A stretch of 64,000 nt of DNA from the human T2T-CHM13v2.0 reference genome, Homo sapiens, in NCBI RefSeq assembly GCF_009914755.1, contig NC_060928.1; one strand, 5' to 3'. Positions 40,671 through 53,823 of the stretch are shown here, piece after piece. The translations under genes and the position numbers were made by a program. The notes below the pieces were generated by a model. That model searched no databases. It worked only from the letters and a program-made list of their open reading frames with translations, and was not told where the DNA came from. Position 1 is the first letter of the stretch. Each line of letters begins with the position of its first letter.

Positions 40671-41529
40671 TTTAATAAGAATGATACAATGGACTTTGGG
40701 GTCATCGGGGGGAGAGTGGGAGGAGGCAAGGGATAATAATAATTAGTACTCATATGTTTGCTGTTATTAGTTATGATTGTGTATTATAGTGGAAAGCACA
40801 TAAAAGTTGGAGACAAACAGCTGTTTTCAAATTGAAGTATGTTTCCTATTAGTTGAGTGATCTTCTCTGTGTTAATATTTAGACTTTCTGATCCTCAATC
40901 CTTTCTCTAAAAATAGATGCTTGCAGTCTCTCTCATACTATGGTTTAATGATAAAACTAAGGTATTATTATATGTGCAACTCAGGATAGTGTCAAGATTA
41001 AAACCAACACTCTGTAGACATCACATTTCATGGCTCTACTTGCTTTATTTTTAGCTTTTTTCTTGAAATGGCATTGATTTCTCTGAGCTTAAATTTCTTT
41101 ATCTGAAAAAAATTAACAGTAACCTCTGCTTCATATGAATCATTAGTTTATTCAATTTAGTCATTCAACACTCATTTGCTGAGGATGTACTCTGTGCCAA
41201 GCACTGTGCTTTGTTCTGGAGATACAAATATGATTACGTAAACTGACAGCTTGTGGGTTGGGAGAAGGATTAAATAAATTAAGGCATGTGAAATAATTAG
41301 CCCCATGCCTGTAGCTCAGGAAGCCCACATTCCAGGCTGAACCATCCATCCTTCCTTTCCCTGACTTGGTGTATCAGGCATTGTGTCCACTATCAGCAGA
41401 TAAAATAAGTGAGGTACACGTCTCACTCTGAGGACTTAGGGAAATTGTGCCCCATGATTAAGAGGCAAGTCTGGATGCTGCCAGCCAAGTTCAGATTCTG
41501 GTTCCTCTATTTACTAACTGTAACTTAAT

Positions 41530-42500
41530 TAGTTTCAGTGACCAAACACAGAACCTAAGACGGATTTAGATGCAAGCAGTTCATTTAGGAGGTGATCCCA
41601 TGAAGCCTATGAGAGAATGGAGAAGTGAGAGGGAGCTTAGAAAGATAATAGATGGTATATTAATGAGCAAGTTATTTCTAGGTGCACTTGGGGGTAATTC
41701 CCATGGAAGGACCTGTGACTTTGTGGAACACATCTTAGAACTGTGCCACAGAGAGAGAAAAAGTCTTTGGTAATTTATCCACTAACTCATGCCCTTCATT
41801 GGTTAGGGCTTGCTCATTAGCCCCCACAAGCTGGCCAATCTTGCCCTATGATTGGAAATCTCTCTTAGGCAGAGACTCCCAGAAATTGGTGTATACAGGA
41901 ACTTTCTGGTAGGATTAGGCCTGTAGATCAGGCACTGACAGATTCCCTTATGGTGATTTAATCTATCTAAGCCTATTTCCCCATGCTGTAAAATAGTGAA
42001 TAATTACTTACCTATATTACCTATATTTCCTCTAATACTTGTAACTCCCAGTGCCTGGTGAAATCTGTTCTCCACTTCACCCATAGAAGAAACTTGTGCT
42101 CAGCTAGACTACACTTTTCCAGCCTCCCTTTGTGTTAGGTGTGTCTGTGTGAATAAGTTCTGGCCAGTGGAATGCAATGGGAGGAGTGCGGGCCTCTTTC
42201 AGGTCTGGGAATTAAGATGTTGGGCATATCTTCTCCATGTCCTCTGTCCCTGTCTGCACGACTAAAACACACCCATGGCAGCTATCAAGCTCCAAATGTG
42301 GAGGATGATGTCCTGGAAGCGGCTGAGAGACTCAGACAAAAGGAGCTGGGTGTCTGAACAGCACATAGAGCACAGCTGTCACAGCTGACCTGGACCACTG
42401 GCATCAGAACCATTATAAGAGAGAGACATAAGCTTCGGTGCCCTCTACATCATAATATTTGGGGTTCCTCTGTGACAGCACCTTTCCTACCCTCTCCAGT
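41530..42500. mobile_element. Old ERVL LTR (LTR33-like, ~41530-41940) and MLT1-type LTR (~42080-42500) within MIR pieces
   Basis: caagcagttcatttaggaggtgatccc and ccagcctccctt…gttctggccagtggaatg motifs. Confidence 0.5.
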
Positions 42501-43819
42501 ACACTTCTTTATAGGTAGTTATGGGTAACAAATGAGATAATCCAGGAAAAGTGCTTAGAACAATGTCTGGCATCTGGTAAAGTTCTGTTAAATAATTAAT
42601 TGTTATTATTACTGTTTGCTAAGGTCTGATCTTCTCAATGGTATCTGAACAACTTAAAGTCAGAGTGGGGGAGGAATGGAACTCCAAAGAAAATTAGAGG
42701 TTTTGCTATAAGAATTACAGAAACTGGATTCTGAATAGTCCAAAATGTCAATGTTCATCCCACAGAATGATGACAATAATGCCTACAGTTTTGAGGGTCT
42801 ACTTTGTGTTAGTCCCCGCATGAGAAAGTTCACCTACGTTATTTTATTCACTCTTACAGCATTCTTACAGGATAACTCTTAGCATCCATATTTTACTGTT
42901 GAAACAGAGACTCATGAAAATATTAGAGCATTAATCTCAAGGCAATCATCATTAGGAAAAAAGAAAGAAAAGAAGACCTCCTTCAATCAAGATTCTCACT
43001 GAACTCTGGGATACTTGAAAATGGAACTGACTTTTTAAAAGATAGAATAAATGACAAAGGTGCAGGGAGTGTCTGAGTCATCTGAGGGAATGTAAAGTAA
43101 CATGCAACATTTCAATTCCATTTGTCTGTCTCCTCTATGCCTCCACTCTTCAGAGAGTCTAATCATTAATCACCCAGAGACTTTTTGTCTATGCTCAGGC
43201 TGTCTTTACTGGGGGGGAAGTAATATATCTTGAATTTTTAAAGTCACAGTAATGGTCCCGAAACAAGGCCAGGGTACCAATTTTTACCATTATCCATACA
43301 GTCAACGTTTCTAGACTTACACAACGGTAGCAGTTTTCTCTCCTGGGTGATGACTTTATATAAATATGCATGCAAACAAAATCAGAGTTTATTTGGAGGA
43401 AGTTTCTGCAGGATCACTTCACAGACTCTGTATTTTTATTAAGGAGATATCCTGGGGCATGAAGCCAGTTCTCAACTTTGTGAATTCCCTGATATTCAGA
43501 ACTAAGGATATGTTTTTTCCAGAAAAAAAAAAATGTACACCACGTGGGTAGATTCCCAGCTAATCCTGCTCTCTCTCCAGACACCATTAACCATCCTCAG
43601 CTCCAACTCCCCTTTCTCTAATCCTCTTCTTCCTGGCCTTGAACCAGCCCAGGGACAAATGGAACAGCTGCCAAAGGAAGTGATCACTCCAGACTTCTCA
43701 GCTTCCAGAAGCAAGGGATGTGAAAAAGGAGAAAACTTTCACTCTCAGGTACAGAGAACCAAGGTGAGTCCAGGGCCACTTTAGGACTTACCATGGCCGA
43801 CTTTATGGCAGTGGCCATG

Positions 43820-44671
43820 GCAAGGATTCTTTCCTTGACTGAACTTTAGTCAGACTCCTTGGTGCACTCTTCTTGACTAGGTCTGGTCCTTGGTGTGCTG
43901 AGTGCATTTTAGCAAAAAATTCTAAGCCAGTTTATTGAAAATCCCCCCACCCTTGATAACCTATCAAGCTCTTCTTCCCTTTTCACATTTGATTTTTAAT
44001 CAAGTTTCTCTTACCTTCATCTTTAATACCCAACAAAGTTCCCATAAGTAATATTCCATCCACTTCATCATGCTGTATGTTGGCTATAAATCTCCAATAG
44101 TCCCTGTTGTATTCAGAGTAAAGTTCAGCCTCTCTACTCTATTACAAAAATCTTGTCCCCTATTGCAATAGTTTGGAATTTTTGGCAAATGTAGCCTTTG
44201 CTTGGTCAAACTTTAGTCAGGCTCCTGAACCTTCTGCTAGGCATATTTGTATACTTCCTTGTAAAATCCAGTTTCAGCAAAGAACTCCACTAAGTGAGTT
44301 TAGCAAGAACCCCCTGCCCTGGATATATATCTGATCATCCTCAATATTTGATTAGGTTCCTCATTCTCCACCATCCTGCAGGTGATGTCTGATCACCATG
44401 ACTGTGGCCTATCTTCAGCAAGAATTGTGTTAGGTCAGTTCAGTCAGAATCACAATTACCCCTGATGTTTCTTAGTAATTTTCCATCCACTGGCCTACAC
44501 CCTGCTCCCTGCTATACGTTCCCATATGTCCATGCTGTATTTGGAGTTGAGCACAATCTCCCTCCCCTACTGCAAGACCCCATTGCAGTGGTCCCTATAC
44601 CTATCATAAGAGCCCTGAATAGTCTTTTTAAATGTGCTTTCGCAAATCATTGAATAAAACTTTCTTTAACA
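43820..44671 (+). mobile_element. Two adjacent related ERV1 LTRs (MER67-like then MER31-like)
   Basis: Both begin with cttg…aactttagtcag(a/g)ctcct; the second ends aataaaactttctttaaca. Confidence 0.6.
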
Positions 44672-44849
44672 GTAGGAGTCAAAATATTTGGAAAAAGTGT
44701 AATCAGAAGATTATTTTCTTGGTGATAAATGGTATTGTGGAGCAGGTTAGAAGTCACACAGCCAGGGTTCAAATCCCAGCCCTGCTGTAGCTGAGGCTGT
44801 GAAGTTGATTGAGTTACTCAAGCTTCTTGTGCTTGTCTGATTAAGTGTG

Positions 44850-47029
44850 GGCTATTTTTAAATCCCTGGGGTAGGACTGTTTCGGCTAAAGCTACTGGTT
44901 AAAGATTTAGGTAGCTTTCCTGGGAGAAATAGGGCTATTAGAGGGAAAGATGAATTTAGAGGTTGGGTAAATATTGAGTAGCCACCCATCTTGGAAAGTA
45001 CATTTAGCACCAAACAGGTGAAAATATACTCCAATTACCATTCTCCTACCAGTCCCTAATATTGTCTAAATACCCCAATTAGACATTACTTAGAACTGAT
45101 AGGAGAATGGTAATAGGTCCCTTAAGTAATATAAACAAGTGTGATTTTTTCTTTTGGAGTTAGGGTGTGCCATTTACCCCCATTACCCCACAGGAGTTGA
45201 AGGACAGTTGCTCTGAGATTAGTATAGAGCAGGCAGCTCTTGAACCCAAAAGGGAAATTTATAATTTTACTTGACACCTCCAGAATTGCTCTTTGCTTTG
45301 CCTTATTGATGATGATGTCTGATTTGCAAGCCAGCCAGAGCAGAGAGCCCCTTCAGCTCAAGGCCATCAGGGGTTGGGACTCTGTCCCAGGGGCCCTGGT
45401 CCTCAGGGCAGTTCCATTTTCAGTGGCCAAACTTCTGGCAGAGGGAGCAAGCTTTGTAGGGCTTTTTCCCATTTATCCCATTGGGGCAGTTTGCCTTCCA
45501 GTGGCCTAACCTTCTGCACAAATGGCAGGTACCTGGAAGAGTGTTCTTAGAGAAATCTAGAGGGGGATGGGGGTTTGTAAAGCAGCCAACAGTTGAGCAT
45601 GCCTCTTGTCCCTGCATTTTTCTTTATCCTTAGCCCTGTCCTCCTTACTCTTCTCTCAGTTATAAAAGACTGAGGAGGCTAATGGGATTTTTTGCACAGG
45701 GACCATGCTGCATTACACAAGAAAATTCACTGTTTCTTTTTGAGAGTCTGAGGGTTAAATATATCCCAATGCTTTAAAATGCAGCCCAGGGGTGAGTCTG
45801 AGGGATGAATGAGCTTTTTCTCATGGTGGGACCAGGAAGAAAACATCTACTGGGGACACAAACTGCAATTTCTCTTGGGGTGTCCTGCTGAGGGGAAACG
45901 GTTCAACTCACATCTGCAGAGGGACTCTGAGATGCACTTTCAAAAGGTGCATCTTACCTATTGGGAAGATGGCACTAGGGCTTTATGCTGAATGAATCCT
46001 GGATGAGCTACTCCAGGTTAGTCTAGGTGCAAATTATGCTGGGGAGCCAGCCCAGGTACAAGTTATGCTGGTGCTCAATCCAGCTACAAGGGGAAAGAGT
46101 TGAGGAAAGACTCACCATCCTTATGCTGTTTGAAATCATTTGGCTTAAGATTTCTGGACTGGGAGGTCCAGTGGGCATCACAGGAGAACTTCGAGTGAGA
46201 AAGAAGGGGTCTGATTTCCCTAAAACATGTGTAGGTTCACCCTGGTTAAGCTTCCACTACCAATCATACTACATGTAGGGATTGGGGACTTTTGATCGGA
46301 AAGGATAGGAGACAGCCTCTGCCCTTCCAGCAAGGCAGCCAAACCTGTTCACTCCCTGACCTTCAGGCTACACCAGGGAGTGGCCCTGGCAGGTGATGCT
46401 AAATTACCAGAGGGATACTAAAATTTGTCTGACAGAAGACTGAAAAGGAAAGCAAACTCTGAACTCTCACCCAATTGGGTAACAGTGGTCAGACATCTTT
46501 CCTCTAGAAGCTTCTGGTCCCCAAGCAGTGGCCCCAGCTGGGGACCTTTAATTGCCTCTGGGCTTGGATGCTGTCTACTGAGGGGTTAGAGTTGGAGAAA
46601 AGGGAGAGAGTAAGGGAAGACAGTCCCCAATCACTCACTGATCAGTCCCTGAGCACTTCTAGGCACTCCCCGGATGGGCCACCAAAATGTCATGGGTGCG
46701 ATTAGATGGGGCTGGCATTGGGGGTAGTGAAAGAATTTACCAAGACAGTCATAGGTAAAGAAAGGCAGATTTATTAGAGGGAAAGTACAAAGATACATTG
46801 CAAGCATGCCACAGGAAGCAAAGCAGAGAAGTGCTGTCTACAAAGAGGCAGGGGCTGGAGAGAAGTTTTACAGGGTCATTCTACATGCAGAATGAGGTCG
46901 TGCTGCTGGGGCTATGTGTGAAGTGAGGCAGTTGTGCTAGCGGCTTTTCTATGATTAGCTGTCTCTTGGAAGAATTGTTCCCCCCACCTGAGACCCCTTC
47001 CTTGTTGCTGCTTACTTATTAGTACTCAA
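44850..47029 (-). mobile_element. Truncated ERV1 provirus: 5' LTR (46688-~47029), PBS-Ile, deleted gag with two zinc knuckles, pro relic
   Basis: PBS TGGTGGCCCATCCGGGGA (46667-46684, 16/18 to tRNA-Ile-AAT); matrix-like DSPLGCILKHWDIFNP; nucleocapsid CHLCRRLGHWKANC and CSLCQKFGH. Confidence 0.8.
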
Positions 47030-47360
47030 TAATGGGGTAGTCCTTCATGAATGGTTTAGCATCATCCTCTTGGTGCTCTTCTTTTGAAAGTGAGTGAGTC
47101 AACATGAAATCTGGTTGTTTAAAAGTATGCAATGCCTTTCCATCCCCCTCTCTTGCTCCTATTCCAGCCACATGAAGTGCTGGCTTACTTTTTGCCTTCC
47201 ATCATGGTTGTAAGTTTCCTAAGGCCTCCTGAGAAGCTGAGCAGGTGCCAGCATTATGGCTTCTGTACAGCCTATGAAACTGTGAGCCAATTAAACTCTT
47301 TTAAATAAATTACCCCATCTTGGGTATTTCTGTATAGCAATGCAAGAACAGATTAATACA
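47030..47360 (+). mobile_element. MSTB-like MaLR LTR (5'-truncated)
   Basis: catgaatggtttagcatcatc…gtaagtttcct…gagccaattaaac…taataca. Confidence 0.8.
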
Positions 47361-47908
47361 GAAGCCTTACTATTTTCTTCTTCTATGTCCCTTTATAGAG
47401 CCGTCACTTGTAGAGGAATCTTCTATTCACAGAAATTCAAGAGTAATAATGACCACTTCATGCCTATTCAACTGCTAACTCAATTAGATAATGTGATACT
47501 TAGAATTCATTCACTTCAAGGCTCTATTGTTGACTGTGTTGATTTCAGTATGTTGTAAGCATTTGCTATAAAGGTCTAGATTTAAGGGTAACATGTGTTT
47601 CCACGGAGGAATATAAAACATACCTGGTGAGTTCAGATGATGTGTCTTGGAGTCTTCACCACCAACTGTTAGAGGACTGAGATCCCTGCAAGTGTCCCTC
47701 TTCAGCAATTTTTGGCAGTCTAGGAAGGAGCATAGTCCTCTCCACTTCCACCCTTTCAAGGTGCCACAAAACTGTAGTTCCATCTTTGCATCTCCTATCA
47801 ATGCATAGCAGCTGAAGATGAAATGCCGTGCCTGGGGAGGGCTGCAGTTTTAACCAGTGAGCCTACTCCATGATTTAAAGGGCTCTGACAGCAAACCAAA
47901 ATGGAAGG

Positions 47909-48282
47909 TATATCAGTTTGTTCTCAGGTTGATATAAAGAACTGTCTGGGGCTGGGGAATTTACACAAGAAAAAGGTTTAATTGACTCACAGTTTCGCAG
48001 AGCTGGGAAGGCCTCAGGAAACTTACAATCATGGTGGAAGGGGAAACAAACACGTCCTTCTTCACGTGGCAGCAGGAAGAAGAGGGTCCAAGCAAAAGGG
48101 GGAAAAGCCCCTTATAAAACCATCAGATCTTGTGAGAACTCACTCACTATCATGAGAACAGCATGAGGGTAACCACCCCCATGATTCAATAACCTCCCAC
48201 TAGTCCCTTCCATGACACGTGGGGATTATGGGAATTACAATTCAAGATGAGATTTGGGTGAAGACACAGCCAAACCATATCA
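47909..48282 (-). mobile_element. THE1C/D-like solo LTR
   Basis: aggtttaattgactcacag…ttcaagatgagatttgggtg…ccaaaccatatca. Confidence 0.88.
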
Positions 48283-50037
48283 GGTGGAATTCTTCAAGTC
48301 TTACCTATACCATCCCCTTGTTTCACTCACTCTCTCACTCACTCATCCATTGTTCATCCAGTCAAGCAGTATTTCCTGTAGCCCTCCCATGTACCATGGA
48401 AACACCAGCTGTGTGGCTACAGAGGCTATAACTCAGTGCCAACTTAGACTGTTGGTGTCTCTCTCACAGAAATTTTACATATTTATTCACCCATTATTGT
48501 AAACCCCTCATTACTGCTACAGTATAATTCTGAAGAAAGGTAAATGCAAGTCTCCCATACAAGTATAAAATAGACATATAACAAATATTTCATTTATAGC
48601 TTCCAACTGACAAGGCACAAATTTTCTTGAGCAGAACCCAGGGGGTCAAAAAGGAACTGCTGCAGATTCAAGTGCAGGAGCTGCCACTGACAGTGTGGAC
48701 TGATGGAAAGGGGTGAGGCCCCAAGGCCTTCCTTGCTTTCTCAATGGGGAAGCTCCTAGCCTGGGGCAAGGTCTGAGTAGGGGGCAGGAGTGCTGTGGGA
48801 GTGAAACTGATCTCACCAACTGCATGGGAGTTGGGTGAGGGCTGTCACTACTGGCTATCCCACACTTTGCTGGTGAACGATATAAAACAGAGACACAGCC
48901 ATAATTCCCTCTGAAACATAACCCTGTTGGCCTGAGAACCACCCCCAAACCCCCACAGCGGCTGCAGCAAGCCCCACTCAGGGTAAGTCTGAGCCCAGAC
49001 CCGCCTAACCCTGCCCCAACCTGATGGTATTTCATTACATAACCTGGTAGCCAAACACAAAAGACAGAAAGTCTTGGGAGATTTATGGCCCTGCTCATCA
49101 CCTGGGAAACCAAAATACTTACCCTGGGCAACTTAGAGAAAGCTTAGATCCCCCTACTACTACTGCAACTGGTGCTCTCTTGAAAGTGCCACCTCCTGAT
49201 TGGCAGCCAACCAACTCAGGCCATTACAGCAACTCAGGATGGAACAATCCTGATCCCAGGAAGGAGAAAACAACAACTAATTCTACTACCTGCAACATCC
49301 CAGCTAACCAGAGGTTCTGAGTGAGTCCAACATATAACCAACATTTGAGAAAACATATCTACAACCAAGGACTCTCATAGAGTCTACTTCACTCCCCTGC
49401 CACCTCCACCAGAGCAGGTGCTGGCATCCGTGGCTGGGAGACCTGAAGACAAATTACATCACAGGACGTTTTGTAGACATTCCACAGCACCAGCCCAGAA
49501 CCTGGTATCCCCATTGGGTGTCTAGATCCAGAAGAGTAATAACAATCACTGAAATCCAGCTCTCAAAAAGCCCCATCCCTATGAGAAGGGAGGAGAGCAC
49601 CACATCGAGGGATCACCCCATGGGACAAAAGAATCTGAACAGCAGGCCTTGAGTTCCAGACCTTTCCACTGAAATAGTCTACCCAAATGAGAAGGAACCA
49701 GAAAAGTAATTCCGATAATACGACAAAACAGGGTTGTAAAACACCACCAAAAGATTACACTGGTTCCCCAGCAATGAATTCAAACCATGAGGAAATCTCT
49801 TAATTGCCAGGTAAAGAATTCAGAAGGTGGATTATTGAACTACTCAAGGAGATGCTAGAGAAAGGTGAAAACCAACTTACAGAAATTTAAAAAACAATAC
49901 AGGGTATGAATAAAAAATTCTCCAGGGAGAGAGATATCATAAAGAAAAAACAATTACAACTGCTGGAAATAAAAGACACACTTAGAGAACTACAAAATGC
50001 ACTGGAAAGTTTTAAAAATAGACTAGAACAAATAGAA

Positions 50038-51190
50038 ACCACGAAACCATTTCTCTCTCCTAGATATCTGGGCCTGTGATGGGAGGGGCTGCTACAAAAG
50101 CCTCTGAAATGCCCTGGGGACATTCTTCCCATTGCCTTTGCTATTAACATTTGGCTCCTCTTTACTTATGAAAATTTATGCAGCTGTCTTGAATTTCTCC
50201 TTAGAAAATGGGTTTTTGTTTTTGAACACATGAACAGGCTGTACATTTTCCAAACTTTTACTTTGCAAGCAAGCGTATGTTACCATGTTAGAGCAGGAGA
50301 GGGAGTGAAGGGGGAAGTGCTACATACTTTTAAACAACCAACTTTTGCTTCCCTTTTATAAGTTCTCTTTGCTTATGCAAACTAGCATAGGCTTTTAGAA
50401 GCAGCTGGGTCACATCTTGAACACTTTACTTCTTATAAATTTCTTCTACCAGATACCCTAAATCATCTCTCTCAAGTTCAAAGTTCCACAGATCCCTAGA
50501 GCATGTGCAGAATGTCACCAGTCTTCTTTGCTTAAGCATAGCAAAAGTGACCTTTGCTCCAGTTCCCAATAATTTCCTTATCTCTGTCTGAGACCACTTA
50601 AGCCTGGAATTCATTGTCCGTATCACTCAGCATTTTGGTCAAAACCATTCAACAAGTCTCTATGAAGTTCCAAAACATTTTCCTCAACTTCCTATATTCT
50701 TCTGAGTTCTCAAAACTGTTACAACCTCTGCCCATTACCCAGTTTCAGAGTTGCTTCCAAATTTTCAGGTGTCTGTACAGCAATGCCCACTCCTTGTACC
50801 AATTTCTGTATTTGTTCATTCTCACGCTGCTATAAAAAACTGCCTGAGACTGGGTAATTTATAAAGGAAAGAGGTTTAATCGACTCATTGTTCCACAGGC
50901 TGTACAGAAAACGTGGCTGGGAGGTCTCAGGAAACTTATAATCATGGCAGAAGGTAAAGGGGAAGCAAGCACATCTTACCATGCTGGAGTGGGAGAGAGA
51001 GCAAAGGGGGAAATGCTACACACTTTCAAACAACCAGATCTCATGAGAGCTCACTCACCATCATAAGGACAGCAAGGTGGAAGTCTGCTCTCATGATTCA
51101 ATCACCTCCCACCTGGCCCCTCCCTTAACATGTGGAGATTAGAATTCAGCATGAGATTTATGTGGGAACACAGAGAGAAAGATCATATCA
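50038..51190 (-). mobile_element. Truncated MST-type MaLR (internal fragment + LTR 50807-51190) within the L1PB
   Basis: MaLR-int motifs (gggcctgtgatgggagggg, ctctcaagttcaaagttccacagatc) followed by TGTATT…CATATCA LTR. Confidence 0.85.
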
Positions 51191-53133
51191 ATAACACAAT
51201 AAGAAAAGCAGGGTATTAAGGCAACAACTAGCATAATGAATAAAACAGTACCTCACATCTCAATACTAACATTGAATGTAAATGGCCTAAATGCTCCACT
51301 TAAAAGATACAAAATGGCAAAATGAATAAAAATCCACCAACCAAGTAACTGCTGTCTTCAAGAGACTCACCTAACACATGAGGACTCACATAAACTTAAG
51401 GTAAAGGGGTGGAAAAAAATATATTTCATACAAATGGAAATCAAAAGCAAGCAGGTGTAGCTATTCTTATATCAGACAAAACAGACTTTAAAGTGAAAAC
51501 AGTTAAAAAGAGACAAGGTGGGACATTATATAATGATAAAAGGATTAGACTTACAGAAAAATATTACAATCATAAATATATGTGCACCTAACACTGGAGC
51601 TCCCAAATTTATAAAACCATCACTACTAGACCTAAGAAATGAGACAGACGGCAACACAGTAATAGAGGGGGACTTCAGTGCTCCACTGACAGCACCAGAT
51701 AGGTTGTCAAGACAGAAAGTCAACAAAGAAACAATGGACTTGAACTATAGAACAAATAGTCTTAGCACATATTTATAGAACATTCTATCAAACAACTGCA
51801 GAATATACATTCTTTTAATCAGCACATGAAAAATTCTCCAAGATACACCATATGATAGGCTATGAAACAAGTCTCAATACAGTGAAGAAAATCAAAATTA
51901 TATCAAGTATCCTCTCAGACTACAGTGGAATAAAACTAAAAATTAACTCTAAAAGGAACCTTCAAACTATATAAATACATGGAAATTGAATAATCTGCTC
52001 TTGAATGATCTTTGAGTCAACAATGAAATCAAGATGGAAATTTAAAAATTCTTTGAACTGAACAATAATAGTTACACAACTTATCAAAACCTCTGCAATA
52101 CAGCAAAAGCAGTGCTAAGAGAAAAGACATAAAAAAGTCTGAAAGGGCACAAATAGAAAATCTAAGGTCACACCTCAAGGAACAAGAGAAACAGAACAAA
52201 TCCAGCAGAAGACAAGAAATACTCAAGATTAGAGCAGAATTAAATGAAATTGAAACAAGGAAATACAAAGGTAAATGAAATAAAAAGCTGATTCTTTGAA
52301 AAGATAAACAAAATTAATAGACCATTAATGAGATTAACCAAGAAAAGAAGAGAGAAAACCCGAAAAAACTCACTTAGAAAGAAAATAGGAGATATTACAA
52401 CTGATACCACAGAAATACAAAAGATTATTCAAGGCTATTATGAACACCTTTTATGTGCAAAAACTAGAAAATCTACAGGAGATTGATAAATTCCTGGAAA
52501 TTACAACCCTCTTAGATTAAATCAGGAAGAAATAGAAACTCTGAACAGACCAATAACAAGTAGCAAGATTGAAACAGTAATAAAAAAAATGCCAATAAAA
52601 AAAGTCCAGGACCAGATGGAATCGCAGCTGAATTCTATCAGGCGTTCAAAGAAGAATTGGTACCAATACTACTGAAAGTATTCCAAAAAACAGAAAAAGA
52701 GAAAATCTTCTCTAAATAATTCTATAAAACCAGTATCACCCTAATACCAAAACCAGGAAAGGACATAACAAAAAAAAGAAAACTATAGACCAATATTCCT
52801 GAAGAATATAGATACAAAAATCCTCAACAAAATACTAACTGAATCCAACAGCACATTAAAAAGATAATACACCATGATGAAGTATGTTTCACACTAGGGA
52901 TGCAGAAATGACTTATCATTCACAAGTCAATACATGTGATACATCACATAAACAGAATTAGAAACAAATATCATATGATCATCTCAATAGACATAGAAAA
53001 AACAAACACTGGACAAAATCCAGCATCCCTTTGTAAATAAAATCCTCAGCAAAATTGGCAATAGAAGGGACATACCTCAAGGTGATACAAGCCATCTATG
53101 ACAAACCACAGCCAACATTATACTAAATGGGGA

Positions 53134-53497
53134 TGATATGGTTTGGCTCTGTGTCCCCACCCAAATCTCATCTTGAATTGTAATTCCCATGTATTGAGGG
53201 AGGGACCTAGTGGGAGGTGAGTGGATCATGGAGGTGATTTCCCCCATGCTGTTCTCATGATAACAAGTAAGTTCCCAGGAGATCTGATGGTTTGAAAGTG
53301 GCACTTTTTCCTTCATCCTGTCTCTCTCCTGCTGTTTTGTAAGATGTGCCTTGCTTCTCCTTCACCTTCTGCCATGATTGTAAGTTTCCTGAGGCATCCC
53401 CAGCCATGAGGAACTGTGAGTCAATTAAACCTCTTTCCTTTATAAATTACCCAGTCTCAGCTAGTTCTTTATAGCAGTGTGAAAATAGACTAATACA
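53134..53497 (+). mobile_element. THE1D/MSTA-like solo LTR inserted in L1PB ORF2
   Basis: TGATATGGTTTGG…TAATACA with perfect TSD GGGGA (53129-53133, 53498-53502). Confidence 0.92.
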
Positions 53498-53779
53498 GGG
53501 GAAAAGTTGAAGGCATTCTCCCTGAGAACTGGAACAAGACAAGGATGCCCACTTTCACCACTTCTATTCAACATAGTACTGGAAGTCCTAGACAGAGCAA
53601 TCGGAGAAGTGAAAGAAATAAAGGGCATCCAAATCGGTACAGAGGAAGTAAAACTGTCACTGTTTGCTGATTATATGATCGTATACCTAGAAAACCCTAA
53701 AAATGAATCCCCAAAAGCTTCTAGATCTGATAGATGAATTCAGCAACGTTTCAGGATACAAAAATCAATGTACAAAAAT

Positions 53780-53823
53780 TAGTGTGCTAGAGAAGTTCCT
53801 CTGAACCTGTAGAGCACTGGAAA
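53780..53823 (+). pseudogene. Truncated U3 snoRNA (SNORD3) retrocopy
   Basis: tagtgtg-ctagagaagttcctctgaacctgtagagcactggaaa matches U3 5' domain TAGTGTGTTACTAGAGAAGTTTCTCTGAACGTGTAGAGCACCGAAAA; TSD aaaaattagt at 53774 and 53824. Confidence 0.85.
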
